Made by a program: the position numbers and the translations under genes. A stretch of DNA of 63,206 nucleotides, filler included, from Rhabdomonas costata (taxonomy: Eukaryota): assembly GCA_019059605.1 (NCBI GenBank). It is 26 parts of 26 records of this genome, joined end to end, with 100 filler letters (N's around TTAATTAATTAA, not from the genome) between each part and the next. Parts side by side here need not be neighbours in the genome. Positions count along the whole stretch, not along the records: positions 34,111 to 36,445 come from JAHMHO010003955.1; positions 36,546 to 38,872 come from JAHMHO010003956.1; positions 38,973 to 41,307 come from JAHMHO010003957.1; positions 41,408 to 43,742 come from JAHMHO010003958.1; positions 43,843 to 46,175 come from JAHMHO010003959.1; positions 46,276 to 48,609 come from JAHMHO010003960.1; 20 more parts are not named here. One strand, 5' to 3'. Of the stretch, positions 35,100 through 46,600 are shown piece after piece. Positions within the stretch are counted from its first letter, which is position 1. Every line of letters starts with the position of its first letter. The notes beneath the pieces were generated by a model. The model had not been told where the DNA came from, did not search any database, and saw nothing but the letters and a program-made list of their open reading frames with translations.

Positions 35100-36071
35100 A
35101 TGGCTGCTCGTCACAACCGTTTGTCTGGATCTGCTACGTCTGCAGTTCGTCCTGTTCAGTCTGAAGTTAGACCTACGTCATCTACTTCTCGGTCTATTGC
35201 TTCGATTGCTGCTCCGCCTGTTGCTCCGCCTGCTGCTCTGCATACTGCTCCGCCTGCTGCTCTGCATGCTGCTCCGCCTGCTCAGTCTGCCGGATCTGTG
35301 AGTATTGAGTATGATATCGATGTTTACGTGAAAATGCGGAGAAATCCGTCATTCTTCACAGATCAACGACTGCAGGCAGCGGCGAAGGCCGTAGAAATAG
35401 CATGTGATTACTATAATCACATGGTTGCAGTGGCTGCAACAGTAAACATTGATCGTCTTCCTGACCCAAAAAAATATGAGTTAGAAATGACTCGACATTA
35501 CACAAGTGACTCAACGTCTATCAGATCTTTATATGGGATGACGGACCAGTACACGGTACCTTTTGACTCGGAAACAGACACAGTAGTTTGTGCATATATA
35601 AATCCTGGTCGCAATGATACAGTAACAAATACGACAATTATTATAAGATTTATGAGAGGATCTGTAGTTCTCCTTCGGTTTAGTGGACCGATAAATCTAA
35701 AAACTAGGAGATGTACTTTTGTCGATTCGTGGTTTGAACAAGTAGGAATAGTGTTCGCACCGATTACTAGTCAAGCAAATCAAAATTATGATCACAACAG
35801 ATGTCCCGTGCGATGTCCTTTTTGTAGAAAAAAGATTCTACAGATACGTGACTATCCTTGTAAGCTCAAGTGCTATGTTTGTCATATGGGAGTTGAACAA
35901 GGCGAAACGGCAACGCCAACAGATGAACCGTTGCCTGAATCTCGTATGATGGTGCAGTTTTACTGCGATGAAAAACCAAATAGTGACTGTATATGTAAAC
36001 ACGGTTGCTGTAGAGATTGTTTTGATAGAATGTGTTCTGCGGCAAGATCAACACAACTGTACGATTCGTAA
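35100..36071 (+). CDS. Intronless virus-like protein with A/P-rich N-terminus and C-terminal permuted RING-type zinc finger (323 aa)
   Basis: CPFCR precedes CYVC...CKHGCCRDC; A/T-ending codons unlike the host genes; no introns and no obvious Shine-Dalgarno. Confidence 0.75.
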   Translation: MAARHNRLSGSATSAVRPVQSEVRPTSSTSRSIASIAAPPVAPPAALHTAPPAALHAAPPAQSAGSVSIEYDIDVYVKMRRNPSFFTDQRLQAAAKAVEIACDYYNHMVAVAATVNIDRLPDPKKYELEMTRHYTSDSTSIRSLYGMTDQYTVPFDSETDTVVCAYINPGRNDTVTNTTIIIRFMRGSVVLLRFSGPINLKTRRCTFVDSWFEQVGIVFAPITSQANQNYDHNRCPVRCPFCRKKILQIRDYPCKLKCYVCHMGVEQGETATPTDEPLPESRMMVQFYCDEKPNSDCICKHGCCRDCFDRMCSAARSTQLYDS

Positions 36072-36130
36072 TAACTGACAAGACGGTAGATTAAGTCAAC
36101 TGTTTAAAAAACAATTAATTTAATTACAAA

Positions 36131-36162
36131 ATTTTATAATTATTTTGTAATAATTATAAAAT
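36131..36162. terminator. Perfect AT hairpin between convergent genes (Mimivirus-type 3'-end signal)
   Basis: ATTTTATAATTATT-ttgt-AATAATTATAAAAT: 14-bp perfect stem, 4-nt loop; 60 nt after the plus-strand stop and immediately after the minus-strand stop. Confidence 0.75.
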
Positions 36163-36163
36163 A

Positions 36164-36445
36164 TTAATTATCATCGTCTTCTATTTTCTCAAGAATTTCA
36201 GGTAATTCTTCATTTATTTTATATTTTCGTTTTAAATAACTGTATAATTGTATTATCGTTATTTTCTTTTTACCTTTTTCTCGTGTTTTACTTTCTTTAC
36301 CTTCTTTTTTTGAATCTTTTGAATCTTTAGCATCTTTTTTTAATTTTTCTGTATTTTCTTTTAATTTTTTTTCTAGTTCATTTATGTAATAACTTAAATA
36401 TTGTGTTTTCTCATTTTGATCTTGTATATAATAATATGAAAAAAA
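36164..36445 (-). CDS. 3' end of an AT-rich K/E-rich gene (absent from the ORF track because its start is off the contig)
   Basis: 93 open codons FFSYYYIQDQNEKTQYLSYYINELEKKLKENTEKLKKDAKDSK...LYSYLKRKYKINEELPEILEKIEDDDN* in very AT-rich DNA where stops would otherwise be frequent. Confidence 0.75.
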   Translation of the reverse strand, partial: FFSYYYIQDQNEKTQYLSYYINELEKKLKENTEKLKKDAKDSKDSKKEGKESKTREKGKKKITIIQLYSYLKRKYKINEELPEILEKIEDDDN

Positions 36446-37879
36446 NNNNNNNNNNNNNNNNNNNNNNNNNNNNNNNNNNNNNNNNNNNNTTAATTAATTA
36501 ANNNNNNNNNNNNNNNNNNNNNNNNNNNNNNNNNNNNNNNNNNNNTGTGTTGTTTCGTTGCATTGCGTGGTGGCTGCACTCGGGTTTCTAATAGTCTGGA
36601 TCCGCTGGCTGAAGGCAAAGTGACTTCCTCCTCATCCAAGCTTGACTGGCGTGGAAAGATCCTACCTACAGATCGTCCAGGGGACGAGGTGGTTGGAGTA
36701 GTGGAGGGCCCATCAGATATCGGTTTGTTGAGCTCGCGGTTTTCATCCACTTCGTCGTAGTTGTCGAAGTAGTCGGTTGTGATAGGAGTGGAGAGTTCTG
36801 GGCTAAAGCTAGAGGTTATTACGTCTGGCTTCTTGGCTTCTTTTCATTTGAGAGAGCCCAAGAGAGGAAGCCGACCATTGTAGTCTTCAATGCCTGGGTT
36901 GACATGCTCGCTCGTTGACTGCTGGCGCCAATGGAGGTCGTGGTGTGCCGATGGTTGTGGTCTGCGGTTGTGTTCTGCATCGTTGGAGTCTGCAGGTTTT
37001 CTGTGGTATGTGGTATGCATAATGCAGCTGCGCTGTATAGTTTTTGATGGAATAGTCAGCATTCAAATCCAGGGCGGTATAGTCCTCCAATTTTTTCACT
37101 TCAGAGGCGTTGGTCAGGTGATTCCACTGTATCTTCCCATTCGAAGTCAAATGGGTCAGTGTAGTGCTCCTCCTCAGGCAGTGGGAACACTTGCGGGTGA
37201 ATGGGATCGGTGTTCGAGTCTTCCTTACCAGCAACTACGCCGAATGTGGTGGTTTGGGTACATGTGTGCTGTCTTCATGAGGTTCTTCTGTAGTCTGAAA
37301 CTGTTCGAGGGACTCACTAGCATGATGTAGAAGCTCCATTGAAGTGAATGAGACATCTTTTGAAACTGGGTATCTTTGATGTAAGGCTATGGGGATCATG
37401 GCCTGCTGTTGATGTAGGTTTGGCGCTGGCGAGGAGCGTTATGTGGACTGGGGAGCATCAATCTGCGCTCCCTATTGTAATTGGTCAGTGCTTTAGGCTG
37501 AATTTTTAGCTGTAAATTGCTGACTGCTGGATTTTTCAAAACTATGTTTCGACTTGTTGGGTTAGCTCAGCGTAGTTTTGGTACAGCGGTTAAATGTCTT
37601 TGATCCACTTGTTATTCAACAAATTGCAATTTTCAGTGCCTGTAAGTCAAGCATGCAGCGCATTTTGGTTGAAGATATTCCACCATTTATGCACTCAGCT
37701 GGGTTATAGGGTCTATAGCGGCGTTGGAAGTCGTTGCTTTACATGTATCTGGCTTGATCGAGGCTTCTCTTTCTTCAGGAAATATCTGAGAGGTGAATGT
37801 AATAATGGAACGCCGTGCACGCGGTCGCGGGTTGGATGATGGTGCAGCATCCGTGGAAGATGAGCCTCTCTGATGGACT

Positions 37880-38872
37880 CTGTAACACTTAGGTTGGTCA
37901 TTCTAGGTGTCTTCGTGGAGGAAATATACCACGTACTCATTGTCTGTAGTGTGATTATCGTCTGCACGGGGAGTGACCGCCACGGTACGTCCGGCGGTGG
38001 GGGTACTTTGTGCCAGAGTCGTCAATTTACATTTCCAATGGGTGGTGGCGGTTCCTCGCCCTGAATGCGCAACATATACTGGATGAGTTCACTTGATTGG
38101 TAGGCATTGTAAAACTTCTGGGTAATACGACGTGGCATATTTAGCTTGAACGTCCGAGGTCCTGTTGCTTTGTCGATGATGAATGTGACGGTTGCCTTTG
38201 GGGGTGTGAACCCGGGAGTTGGTACCTCGCGTGCTTCCGTTGCCACAACAGGATTATTGGGTCCAGAACCATGACTTGAGGGTGGGATCATTATGATAAC
38301 TATTTTCTCGTTTGACGTACCTGTCATGATGTTGCAGAAAAACGTCAGAAATATGGCTCCAAGCAAAGATTCTGTTAGCAAACTGCAGGGGCCGTTCCTT
38401 CAGATGCTTGAGGGGAGCATTGTACGTTGAGAGGTCGATGTAGAAAGTCTGGTGATAGCAAAGGTTGAGGTATTACGGCGAATAGTTGGTCTCGACCAGC
38501 GGGGAGTTGTTCACCGCAATCTCGACAATGTCCAGTACATCGGTACATCGAGCCAAGACAGGTCTTTGTTATAATCCACTTGAATCAATTCCTTGATTGT
38601 GGCATTCACTCTTTCGGTTTGTCCATTGGTCTTAGGATAAAATGGGCTCGAAGTTCGGATCCAAGTGTTGAGGTGGGAACCTACAGTCTCCCAAAAGACT
38701 GACATGGAGCGCCAGTATCGGTCGGAGATGATGGAGAGTTGAAGGCCTTTGTACTCGCCACGTGCCGAATTAACTGCTCGTCTGTGTCAATTGCAGACGA
38801 CTGGTTTCAGGTAGTGATGAAGTGATCCATATTTGCGGCACGTGGCGAGTACAAAGGCCTTCAACCACCACA
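37880..38872 (-). mobile_element. Degenerate Ty3/gypsy integrase (core, GPY/F region, possible chromodomain relic)
   Basis: SIISDR...FWETV...SSPFYPKTNGQTERVNATIKELI, then NNSP...YSPYYLN and FIIDKATGPRTFKLNMP; several stops and frameshifts. Confidence 0.85.
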
Positions 38873-41800
38873 NNNNNNNNNNNNNNNNNNNNNNNNNNNN
38901 NNNNNNNNNNNNNNNNTTAATTAATTAANNNNNNNNNNNNNNNNNNNNNNNNNNNNNNNNNNNNNNNNNNNNAGCATGACTGTAGGGAGTAAGAAGGAGG
39001 AAGATGCCACCCTTCACACAGCATGCCATAAACCATCCAAACCACCTCACGTTGACATCACAGTTGGAGAATTAGTGTAGTTGAGTGAGGAGGATGAATG
39101 TTGAGAGGTGAATGGTGCCTTCTATCTGCAATGCCCTCCACTACTCCATCCACTACTACGGCAAGATCGCTGCGCACTCCTGCCTTCGTTCCTTCAACGT
39201 TACATTCACCCTCTTTTGGTATTCCCTGTAACTACGCCCGGACGACGGAACGAACCACCTTATGGTGGGGAGTGACGGAGTGACACGTGGTGTTGAAGGA
39301 GGAAGGATGCGAGGGACGGAGCATCCTGACAAGTAGGGATGTTGAAGTGTAATGGTGCTGATGGTTCGCTCCACCACCATAGGGTTCTTACGCTCACCGA
39401 TGGTTCCATCTACCGCCATAAGGCGGCTACGGTCACAGGAAGTGAAGAAGATGCCATGATTAATTCCGCCACCCTAAGGTGCCTCCACTCACTCGATGGA
39501 TGCTTGGTTCGTTCCACCGGCACAGTGCTTTTGTATGTTGGGGCAACAACACACACGTGAAGGAGAGCAATGACTTAAAAAAAAAAGAAAAGCGGCCACT
39601 AACATAGACGCGCTGCCTGGGTGCTCAAAAGAGGGGCCTGTAGCTCTGCTGTCCGACGTGGGGTGCCTGTTCACCAGACAACAGGCCAAGACTCTCCGCC
39701 AGCCCCACGTGTCCAATGATTAAGCACACAAACGCGCAAAAGAAACTCTTTGTCCTCCCCAACCTGCTCGTGGAGAAAATAACTTGAATTTTCCAATATC
39801 CAGCTGATTGACACAAAAGAAGGGCAGTTTGTCCCGTTTTGTGAACCGCTATGCCTAAAAGCCCCGTGCATGGCCAATTCTTGACAAAGGCACCTTGACA
39901 CAGAAAAGTATCAGAGTTTGGAAAAAAGTTCCAAAAACCTTTTTCAAAAGGCGCAACTTGTTGGCCCTGAAGAAACACCAAATGGCTGAGATCGCCACAG
40001 TTCGCGAAGTACAAATTCACGTTCAAAAGCAGAATCACAGCAGAACAAAAGGCCCGGATCTAAGAGAGGGAGGCATCTGATAGAGGCGCGCGGGCAAACG
40101 AATGAAAAAGGCGGCCGGAGGCGCAGGTGAACCGTGAAGAAACATGAGAATAAAGCCCTCTGCTTTTTGTAGTTTGTCTTGCTCGGTTTCTTCACTTGAC
40201 CGGGAATGCTATCGACGTTTGATATTGCACCCATGATGTTTTGTAAAATTCCCGGTAGTTTTAGTACTTTTCAGCTTGGTTAGCTTCTGTCCATATAGTC
40301 GCTTACCATGTGGCTGCGTTGCGAACGGTTTAACTATGGATTCTTCGGAAGTGTGTCAATCATATTAATTCTATTTTTTATAATCAAGATGATGCAATGA
40401 ACATTTAAAGTGATATGCGTCTAGTACCGCCATAAATACACTAAGTACCCTAAGTACCGCCCTAAATAAATTAGGATCCTGATCACAAATTACGCGGCAT
40501 TGTAGTAGGATAGTCCTGAATGATGGTTGAACCGTGTTTTTGATGTGCTTTTGGAAGTTTGATAGAAGTGATATCATTAAAAAACATTGGCGATGGTGTA
40601 TAATATAAGGTGGTTAACACAGGGAAAGTGTTTTAGCCTATATGCATACCGTTGTCTGGGGACGTAGCATGTCGTGAACCCGGATTTTTTTGGGGCGCGA
40701 GCTGAAAAATCGGTGAGATATGTAGAACTGCCAAGTGAATAATGCGCCGAAGGCGCGGCTTTTTGGTGGGTTGATTCCACGTTTGTGCTGGTATTTGAAG
40801 CGGATTTTGAAGCTCTGTACCACAATTCACATGCCTAATATCATCCATCTATCTATGTATAGATATATAGATGTATATATAAATACATACTACATCCAAT
40901 TTTAAAAGCAACTTCAAAAATTTTGAATTGAATGCGTTACTGTTGGTACTTGGGTCCAGCTTACAGGAAGTGCCTCGGAGGCATGCTCATATTTTCTTCT
41001 TGCGTTTCCCCGGGTGCAAATACCCCTTATCGCTGAAAATCTCAGAAAACAGAAAGTTCACGAAGGCATAAACAGGAACAATTTAACTGGATGGCGGGGT
41101 CTCAATTTAACCTCCGAAAAGGCGAAGGAAAGCACTCGCACGCAGCGCCTGGTTGTATACCACGGCTTTCATGGTGTCCTGGCGCTTGTCCGTTCCAGAA
41201 TGCGCTGCTCAAAACCCCCCGGCCCAGGATGGTGGAATCGGGGAAACGATTGAAAGACCAAATGGCTGTTCTTGCGCGGTTGGATCGTCAAATGGGCAAA
41301 CCAACACNNNNNNNNNNNNNNNNNNNNNNNNNNNNNNNNNNNNNNNNNNNNTTAATTAATTAANNNNNNNNNNNNNNNNNNNNNNNNNNNNNNNNNNNNN
41401 NNNNNNNTACAGTGAAATATGTCTGCTACTAGTAAACGTCTCCACTTTAAGGTGCTCCGGATATGCGAATGTACACAGAATGTTTTAAGCTAGTTCTACG
41501 AAATGACTGAGGTTTAGAAAAGTATTTCCAAAACGTCAGATGGTTTCGGATTGTGACGTTGTGAAGCATAAAAATACCTTTTGTGTAAATCTGAAAAATA
41601 AATAGAATCAATAAAATACGAGTAGGGTCCTAAATAAATTTGAAGAAGATGAATGTCATCTGAAGAATCGAAATTTAAATTTGCGCTCTTTTTGATGAAG
41701 TGTTGGAATATGATTGTGTAAATTAAGATTGTACGCACAATGTGATTAGAGGAAATCTGCAAAAGTCCAAGTTGCATACTTCCCACGCTTACCACCAATG

Positions 41801-42899
41801 AAAGGCTCACATTTGTTAAAATGGAGACTCCGAGCATATCACAGGCGTCAGGAAGTCAAAGGTAAACACTCAACGCTCAATGGCAAACAACATGCAGGCA
41901 TTTTGCTAAAAAAACATCTTTGTGTTGGTGTTGTAGTTAAAGCTTTCAAACAAGTAGCATATGTGTACAGGAAGGAGTGGGAATCACACCAACTGTTATG
42001 TTACCGATCAAACGTTGGAAAAGTTGGAAAGTTGGAATTGATAGGCAACATTCCAAGCGCCTCAAAATGCCTCGTAATTACAGCCAAGTTCTTGGTATAT
42101 AACAAGGTTAGTCACGACAGCGCCTAATGTGCTTCACATGAGTTCAGTAGGTTGTAAGTCCAAAGCCGTGACCGTAGTCCTGCTAATCCACCGTGACAGT
42201 TATGTGGATATGCAGAAGGGTTTGCCGTAATACGTGGTAGCATAGAAATTTTTTGAAACATCGTGTGAAGTCAAAGGCGCGTACAGGATGTGTTAGTGAC
42301 GTCATGTGCAGAAAGAGCGCAAAGATAAAATGAGGTCACACCTGCAACCTGCTTTATCGCATTTTCAAGCAGATGGTATGTTAAGGAAACCACTGTGATG
42401 TGCAATGCACGTAGCATCATTGTTTCTACAAGTCGTCGTGTAGTGGCAGAGTGTAGTTTGGGAAGTTTCGCACAAAGTAACGTATAAGAATTTGCGAGAC
42501 AGTATAACTTATAACAAGACGTTCAGCGACACGCAATGCGTTAATCGCTTGTAATTGATTGTATTACACAGAGAGTGTGAGTTGTTTTCAAGACCATTTT
42601 GTTAGTGGAGCGAAAAATCATCTTTTGTCCGCAACTGTGTGTGATTAACCCTAACCATTACCATATACCTAATCCTAACCCACACCACCATCCCGCCATC
42701 TCCATTACTTTCGTTCTCAAACCACTCCCGCAGATCCACAAACTTGCTCCACTTCACTCTTTTCCCCCTTCCATATATCATTCCTGTATTTAGCCGGTAC
42801 TCACCATGCTCTTTCATTTTGAGCGATTTTTCTCGTATGATTTCAACACTCCCAACATTCCAGAAGACACTCCTAAATCTTAGCACACATCGCACATCT

Positions 42900-43640
42900 C
42901 TCACTCGTTATATCCACCAGAGCGGCATATCGGCTACAAATGGGTTATTTCACTGCTTGGCTTTTGGAGCATCCATCCATATTCTGCACGAAGAACAACC
43001 TCAATCCTCACCGCCTTCCAAAGCTACCTTCTCTTCTTGGTTTCACCACCACCTCACTCCTCCTCCGATATTTGTGTTTCGGCGTGGGCCCACATGTTCC
43101 TGCTCTACGACATCCACGTCGGGACTTCCCGCTTGCACTGGAACGCCGTCAAGACCATGTCAAACCACGAAAAACGACGCGTCCGTGTGTGGTTCAATCC
43201 ATCGTGGCTCGGCGCAGTTCACCGACTCACCACAGCCAATGTCCTCGACTATTTTTCCATCATCATCTTCTTTCATGGATCTTTATGATCCGTGTGTCAG
43301 AGCTTCTTCGTCTCCGGCCCACATACATCTCTCTCTCACATTCGTGTCACGCGTGAGAATCACACCATTTCATAAGTATGCAGCATCCTTCCAGCACCTC
43401 TTCTCGATTGCCACGTTTCTCTCAAGCTCCATCCACAGCCATCAATTGTTCAACTCCCACAGCGCCCTCGCCTACGTTCGCATCATTGTCTCCCATGGTC
43501 AACGCAGCACCCTCACATTTCACACTTTTCGTAGGGCAGGCGCTGAAACCCTCATCCAACTTGGGTCCCCGCTTCCATCCATCGCCATGTGGGAACGTTG
43601 GAGAAAGTTATGTGGAATTATCCGCCCCCATCCAGTCCAA
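42900..43640 (+). pseudogene. Degenerate tyrosine recombinase of DIRS/Ngaro/Crypton type
   Basis: Box I LSWIFMIRVSELLRLRP (~43270-43320) and box II LTFHTFRRAGAETLIQLG...IAMWERW (~43512-43601) lie in different frames. Confidence 0.75.
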
Positions 43641-46600
43641 TTATCCACAGCTTTCTATATGCATCCACTACCACGCAACCACATTCTCCATTGCTTGTTA
43701 CTCCTGGCCACTGTGCACTCTGTGGTATTTACATTTCCTACANNNNNNNNNNNNNNNNNNNNNNNNNNNNNNNNNNNNNNNNNNNNTTAATTAATTAANN
43801 NNNNNNNNNNNNNNNNNNNNNNNNNNNNNNNNNNNNNNNNNNTTGGGGGCAACGCAAGCGAATGTCTTCCCAAGCCGACAGCAACCCAAGGGGGCCGGGG
43901 GGGGGGAGATGGTCATTGGGTGGCAAGTCTGCTGGGACAGCTGCGGTGAGGGAAGCGACGAGAGAGCGGGGAGAATGGTGAATTGTGGTGTGTCCGGGAT
44001 TACAGTACCAATGACTTTCCAGTTACACTCTAATTTCCCGTTATGAAAATCAAGGCACATTAATAGTAATAATAGTATACGCAACACTACTTCCACCACA
44101 AAAATACCACCAAAATGGTATGATAAATGATCTGCAACGGCATTTTGTTTTTACCAACCGACAGCACTGTTCTGCGTTCTGCTGCAGCCCGTTTTGGGAT
44201 GAAGGACACACCCCAAGAGATGACTGATGGGCAAGAAGGCAGGCAGAGAGGAGGGGACAACGAGCGATGGAAAACCAGAGAACAAAAGGAGAGCAGCAGA
44301 ATGCATTTTACGGAAGGGCATATGCAAGAGAAGTTTCTGGCGCACTCCCAAATCCAAATCATTTTTTGAGGGTGGATTTACTGAGGGGTGAGCGGAGTTG
44401 ATGGGGAAGAGGGGGGTAGAGAGGCACAATAGAAGAGCACGGGAAAAGTTGAAGGAGGGCGGGAAAAAAAGGGCAACGCGCGAGAATGAGAAAAGGAAGA
44501 AGGGATGCAGGTAAGAGGGGCCGGTGAGTGCTTGCTTGCAAATCACAGCGTGGGAAGCAGAAGGCGAGGAAGACCAGGAGGAAGTAGAAATGTGGGCGAG
44601 CCAAGAGCACAATAGAGCTGCGAGTTGGGTCGGGGAAGGAACAGGCAATGATGCGCGGGAGGTCCCCCCAACACCGGTGTGTGTGGTAACCTTAGCAAAA
44701 CCGCATTCCTGGTGACTCAAGCCCGTCCAATAGTCGCCATCTTGCGCGTGGGAGCGGACGAAATCAATGATTATGATTCGGCGGGAGGGGGGAGGGGAGT
44801 TAAATTGACACATTAAAACGGATATGTATGGTTATTATGCAAACGGAGCGTTGACGCAAAGGTCCCTTTCTATCCCACGGAAGGCAAAGACTGTGCCAAA
44901 GAGTGAATACAACAACCGCATTGCTTTGACGAAGTGTCGCAGCTACAAGACAAGGCGCGCAGATGAGCGAAAGGGGGGGCACCAAAGCCCAAAGTCTGAC
45001 CCGAATCTGAACAACCACAGGAAGCCACCGCAAAGTAGCCAAACGGAACGCAACCAGCAGTCAACCTCATCAAAGCGTCAAGGCCTTTTCCGCAGCCAAG
45101 GTGGCTCATCGCAGAATGTGCTGGTCTCCCCACCAGATCGGGAAGCAGAAGTCACGGTGTTCGAGAGTATGCTTCACCAGTAAGTCATCTTCCCCCAAAG
45201 GAGGCGGGACCCCCTGGATCAATGCCTGCAACAGGATGCAACCAAGACTGTGTTTGTGACCGAGGAACCAATCGCAAATGTCTTGCCGTGCAAAATTGTC
45301 ACTGTAAGGCCACACCTATTCCAATTGCTTCAGCCATCGTGCGCCAATTTGTAGTACCGCCCCATGCAACCTCTGTCTCTTGACTCTGACACCCATCGAC
45401 CCACACAGACCCGCACACCCATGGCGGGCCATGGGTGTGTCGAAAAACGGGAGACGTGTTCAATAAACAACGGCATAAAAAAAAAAGAGCAGCAACCGGA
45501 GGAGGCATGTTGGGCAAGTTGGACGGAGTGGGCTGCTCATGGAATGCTTCTGTCTGCAGCTCAGGTCATAGCAAGAGCCATCTTATGGGGCTTTTCTGGA
45601 TTTGGACAGAGAAGGAAATCATACAATTGGCACATCGGCAGCACGAGGCGAATGAGGCGGATTTCTGGACCGAACATTAGCCCACAGGTCAAATTCATTG
45701 CGTCACTGAACTCGACTTTTTTGTGCAGGGTACTCAGGATAACGTACCCTGGCCGGCGTCCTCCGAAGAAGAGCCTCGCAAGCGGCCACGAACGCCATAG
45801 TCCTGGTATTTGTCAGGAACCTCCAAGCTGCCATACAGCCGAGTCAGATAGCTGAGGCACACAGGCAAACGTATCAGGGGCGACAATTCCCACCAATCTC
45901 GATCACCAGACTTCTGCTACGGATAATGATGGGTACGCACCCCCTTTCTCTTCCCCACACCTATATGGTCCACTTGGCAGGGGTGGCCTTTTCTGAAGAG
46001 GACTCTAAGTCCACTCCTTGGTTTCCCAACCCCAACACACTGAACTCACTGGGCCTCATCCTCACCCCCTGACTCCCTGACGGTCCACTTTTTAACTAAT
46101 AGTGAGGGTTGGTGCCTACCTGGGGAAGCAGGGTTGGCCATCCCGATGTCGCAATTCGCCCCCCCACCCACACACNNNNNNNNNNNNNNNNNNNNNNNNN
46201 NNNNNNNNNNNNNNNNNNNTTAATTAATTAANNNNNNNNNNNNNNNNNNNNNNNNNNNNNNNNNNNNNNNNNNNNTTTGTGGAAGTTGTTTTGTTAGCTT
46301 TCAGGGCTATTCTTCTTTCTTTCTTTCTTCCATTCTCCGCTGTCACACAAAACCCCCAAAAACAGGCACGCACACACGCACACACCCAAAAACCCGCGCA
46401 ACCCGCGCACGCTTATCATGCACGGCGGAGGACACACACACGTGCTCGCGCGAACGCACCGCTTTTCCGGTGGTTACCGAGACACAGAAGAGGGGAGAGA
46501 AACCTTTACAAACAGACGAGGGACAAGAGCGGTGGGAACCCCATGAAAAAAATGGTGGGATTCGTAATGAAGCAAGAAACCAACACAGGTCCCCCAACCA

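Noticed and set aside
39339-39560. LTDGS as RNase H of a non-LTR element
   Set aside because: One short motif with no supporting E/D residues or RT nearby.
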